A stretch of 64,000 nt of DNA from Nemertoderma westbladi (lineage: Eukaryota; Animalia; Xenacoelomorpha). The stretch covers positions 9,935-73,934 of the forward strand of contig JAUCBJ010002721.1 in assembly GCA_032718475.1 (NCBI GenBank), read 5' to 3'. Of this stretch, positions 60,146 to 64,000 are shown piece after piece; within the stretch, counting starts at the first letter, position 1; the number at the start of each line of letters is the position of its first letter. A model generated the notes under the pieces. The model did no database searches and had not been told where the DNA came from. It saw only the letters and a program-made list of their open reading frames with translations. The position numbers were made by a program, and so were the translations under genes.

Positions 60146-62230
60146 ATGGCTGACACAAGGCAAACTCTGTCAGATAGTCTCCTAGAAACAACAGCCTGTT
60201 TCTCAGATCAAAGTGTAGAGAATCCCAGACCGAGGTCTGAAACCCCTCATACTGTAAGAAGGGCAACCCCTGCAGTGGTTGTGTCAGAACCTAGGTTGGT
60301 AGAAAAGATTTCGCAATTTGCGAAGTTAGTGAAGCGCCGTTGGTCTGCCATAGGCACTCGGGCCCAAGTCAAGCGGGATCAAGAAGAAGCTATAAAACAG
60401 CAGCAACCTCCTAGCCAAGAACCTAGTTCTCAGCGGCCCGATAGCTCCAGTAGTTCGGATACTGTTGAGCGGACGCCCGAACGCGGAGCGAAGATGGCGG
60501 ATACGGTTTATGATGAGCGGCCAACCTATGAAGAATCAACCGACGCCACTTCTTCTCAAGTGGAAAGTGAGGTGGAAAGCGAAGTGGAAAGTGAGGTGGA
60601 AAGCGAAGTGGAAAGCGAGGTGGAAAGCGAAGTGGAAAGCGAATTAACATCAGCAGAGAAGCCGCGAACTAGAGACGCTATCGACATTTATTTGTCCGAC
60701 TATCAGCGATTCCTAGGAGACGAAGAGTTGAGGAGACGGCTGTCTGGACTTTCCCCTAATAGTGAAGGAACCAAGCTTGTGTTGGACTCAATCGATGCCG
60801 AAATGTTAGCTGCAAACCAAGCTGAATGTGATGAAAAACTCCGCCTCATTAGAGTCCGAGAAGAACAAGTAAAGAAAAGACGGATAGAGGAACAAAAGGC
60901 GGCGGCTATGGCAGAAGCAGAAGTAGAAAGAAAGGCAGCGGCGGCAGATGCAGAAGCAGAAAGAAAAGCAGCAAAGGCAGTGGCAGAAGCAGAACGGAGA
61001 GCCTCTGAGCAGACTACCCAACTGGAGTTGGAAAATCTGCAAGAGACACAAGACAGTATAAATAAACAGTTTACTGCTAATCAAATGCAGATGATGAGAA
61101 AATCTACTCCCAAGCGCCAGGGATACACATCCTCGGAGGAAGGCGAGACCACCGATCCTGAAGGCGGAGGAAATAGATCTCATCTAAGTAGGCGTAGAAA
61201 AACATCTTACCGTCGCAAATTGCCTGATTTGCCCCCAGCTGTTAAAAGACAGCTAACTAGCACAGACTTAGGTAGTGCAGAACCCATAGAACAATTTATC
61301 CAGGTCAAAAGACTCCCTACTATAGTCGATGAACCTGAAATAATTAGGCCTGTTGTTCCCAAAGTCACTTCTGTGCTAGAGACCCCTGCACTTCCAGAGC
61401 TTAACTCTAAATTCCCTTTACATAGTACCACACTGCCTGTACCCGGTGGAACAGTCCATGCAAATACCCCTGTCCTGAGCATTGAGAGAGGAATCAAAGA
61501 TTTGTCTCCCGTCGTCCCGCGTCAACCCGCTACAATGTTGGCGACTCCCGCTTCGGCGGTTGAGTGGGTAGAGGAGGGACGGCGGGGGATGAATCTCCTG
61601 CTAGGACAGATGCAGGAGACTGTCCACCAACTTAAGGGAACAGTGAGGGAAGGTAGAGCAGAGTTGCAAGAAGTGCAGCAAAGTATCGCACTAGAACGCG
61701 ACAAATTAGTCAATATCCAAAAGGGCATACCAATACCCCCTGTAACATTGTGTCAACCTGTTAGGTCTGAAGTATTACATGCGCAAGGTGTGGAGCCTAC
61801 ACGCATCTATACTGCTAGTGAAGTTGAAACTCCTATAGCAAACCCTATTAAGGGTGATTATAGACCTGTTATTAATGATATTCCCTATAGACCTGATAAT
61901 GATCCGAGAAATTTATATACCGATAATTCGATATTAAATAACACGATGGCCCAAGAAAGCTTTACGCGTCAGATGGCTAGAACAGAAGCCCGCCAAGCGG
62001 TCAAAGTGGGAGAGATCGTCAAATTCAATGGAGATGAGATGAAATGGTTACCTTTCAACGAATATTACAAAGATAGCATACAGAACTCTGTACTATCTAA
62101 CGGAGAGAAACTTAGATTCCTCATCAAGTGCTTGGAAGGACCCCCCAAGTTAATGGCATTAAAGTTTATTGGACATCCAGAAGGATTAAGACAAGTTTGG
62201 GATACATTAAACATCAGGTATGGTAACAAG
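60146..62230 (+). CDS. Bel/Pao gag, N-terminal part up to an insertion
   Basis: Coiled-coil and (VESE)n repeat, then DUF1759-like KFNGDEMKWLPF...EKLRFLIKCLEGPP...WDTLNIRYG. Confidence 0.85.
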
Positions 62231-63258
62231 GATACCCAAGGAGGTGAGGTCTCTATAGGGGTGTCCTTAACAGGCGGCGGCGGACTCGTGAGGGTCTGGG
62301 GACACGTTAAATTACCATATAGTGCAAGGGAGTTACTGAAGGCCCTCGTGTCTAGCGAACCATGAATCAACATGGTGCCGTGGTACCGTCTAGTCGGCCT
62401 GTTGCCGTACTGCCAGTCCTGTACACAGTAGGGGTGGTGGCTTAGTGTGATCTGTGGTTTGTGTGTGTATGTGGTATAAGTGAGTGTATGTATGGCCACT
62501 GCGAGTGAGTATGGGAACCCTTACCGGTTGGTTCAGTCGCCGCTGGTTATTAGTAGGACCATATCTTTACTGCGCCCCAGCATACTTTGTGCACACAAAG
62601 TTATTTTACCCTGTCGGTAAAATAAAGTACTCTCGACTCTTTATTAGTCGATACAATTTTGTCCCCTCTGATTTTGTCACCGATTTTGTCTTTCCCGATT
62701 TTGTCTTTCCCGATTATGTCCTGTGTGTGCATGGTATGTGTCCGATTTTGTGTTTACCGTTGTGTACTTGATTTCGTGAGCATCTATTGAGTACACGTGT
62801 ACAGTGACTGGTAAGTGGTTACTTGTTCCTAGCTTTCGAGCTAGTCAGTATTGTTTGCGGAACCGACTTCCCCTCAATACTGCCGGCGAGGCGGGTGAAA
62901 ACGGTCAATATTCCATGTGGGTAGCGCAAGCCCGCTTGGGACAAGACCGTCGGTTTGGCTCAAGGGCGACCTTGATGCTCGATCGCTATCGACTGGTCCA
63001 CCCGCCGGTTGACTCTCTGAGTTGGCTCAATGTACAGTCAGGCCACAGTAAGTTGACAGTGGGCGATCTTTGTAGTTTGGGTCGGCCACACACGACGAGC
63101 TGTGCCGGTGTGATCGGGGGATTGAAAAGTGAACCCGGGAAGCATCGGGCTACCCTCCGGCCCGGTCTGATAAAAACATCAGTCGGACTGGCCCCAAGGG
63201 TGGTGGGACAGCGTCCGCCTCGTGGGTGCGCCTCGGGGAGGAGCCCAGAAGGACGCAA
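62231..63258. mobile_element. ~1.03-kb unclassified insertion interrupting gag
   Basis: Gag homology stops at RYGNK and resumes at ANIAKYL in another frame. Confidence 0.65.
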
Positions 63259-64000
63259 GCGAACATAGCTAAGTATTTGTATGCAAAATTAGTAGCCCCT
63301 CGACACTTCCTTAGTAGCGGGATTATAGAGTTTTCTGATGAAATTCAGGAAATCTGTAGACAACTGGACTGGTTAGGTAAGTCGCATGAATATCAGAGTT
63401 CCATGGTTATTGGAGCCGTAGTCTCTACTTTACCAAAGGGTGGAGTATGTACACGCTGGGACAAGAAAGTGTTGTACATGAATGAACAACAACGACGAAG
63501 TCCTACCATGGCTGATCTCATGTCCTTCTTAGATAGTGAAGTAAAATTACAACTCATAAGGCAGTCCAGAGAGAAAACATCGGAAAATAAGGTAAGTGAG
63601 AAACCCGTTTCTAGGAGAAGGATAATACCAGTGTGTTATACTGACGACGGCGAAAGCCAAGCTTCTCAAGAAGAGGACAGCGGGAAAGACACAGCAAAAT
63701 CTTACTATGATAACAAGACCTATAAAGACGTAAGTAAATACAAGTCTCGAACCAGTGACAGGAGAGAACAGGTAACAACAACTCCTCCTACGTCTCCTAA
63801 GAGAATTCACGGAAGAAAGCCCGAAGAAAGAACGAGAGTGCATAACGTTAACCAAGTTAAGGTGAGTAACATCAAACCAAAATGTGCGCTGTGCGACGGG
63901 CCCCACCGTTTGAGTGCGTGTGCTGAATTTCTAAAGAAATCCCTTGTAGACAGACGTACAGTCCTGTGGAATAAGCGGTTATGCTATAATTGCCTCAGAT
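63259..64000 (+). CDS. Bel/Pao gag, C-terminal part with zinc knuckles (open to the window end, missed by the ORF track)
   Basis: Manual translation ANIAKYLYAKL...TLPKG...RW..K...PTMADLMSFLDSE...CALCDGPHRLSACAEF...KRLCYNCL, no stops. Confidence 0.88.

Larger units (their letters stand above)
56667..64000 (+). mobile_element. Second Bel/Pao retrotransposon, 5' part (possible LTR ~56667-57407, long leader, gag); continues past the window end
   Basis: The gag is clear. The LTR limits (TGT...ACA) and the element start are tentative. Confidence 0.6.

Noticed and set aside
62218-63251. Spliceosomal intron inside gag
   Set aside because: The in-frame GT-AG choice would delete the conserved YG, and there is no polypyrimidine tract.

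Overview
Repeat-rich eukaryotic (invertebrate animal-like) genomic DNA with spliceosomal introns; nothing prokaryotic. Two convergent multi-exon host genes are present: PPP4R4 on + (9 exons, 12389-36077, 5' part upstream of the window) and a SMOC/Pentagone-type Kazal-TY-EC-TY-EC gene on - (54616-39553). Each carries an intronless antisense gene nested in an intron: TASP1 in PPP4R4 and MTFP1 in SMOC. Both window ends hold Bel/Pao LTR retrotransposons. In between are decayed LINEs (RTE/RTE-X-like, CRE-like), piggyBac- and Mutator-like MITEs, tRNA-derived SINEs and many minisatellites. Two observations stand out. (1) Downstream of integrase, the left Bel/Pao element has an extra minus-strand frame (2-613, missed by the ORF track) that I translated by hand and that reads as a WRN/EXD1/MUT-7-type DEDDy 3'-5' exonuclease domain with a variant Exo I motif. 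(2) Several intronic minisatellites are tandem amplifications of the exon-intron junction itself. All family assignments are from recalled motifs, not database searches.
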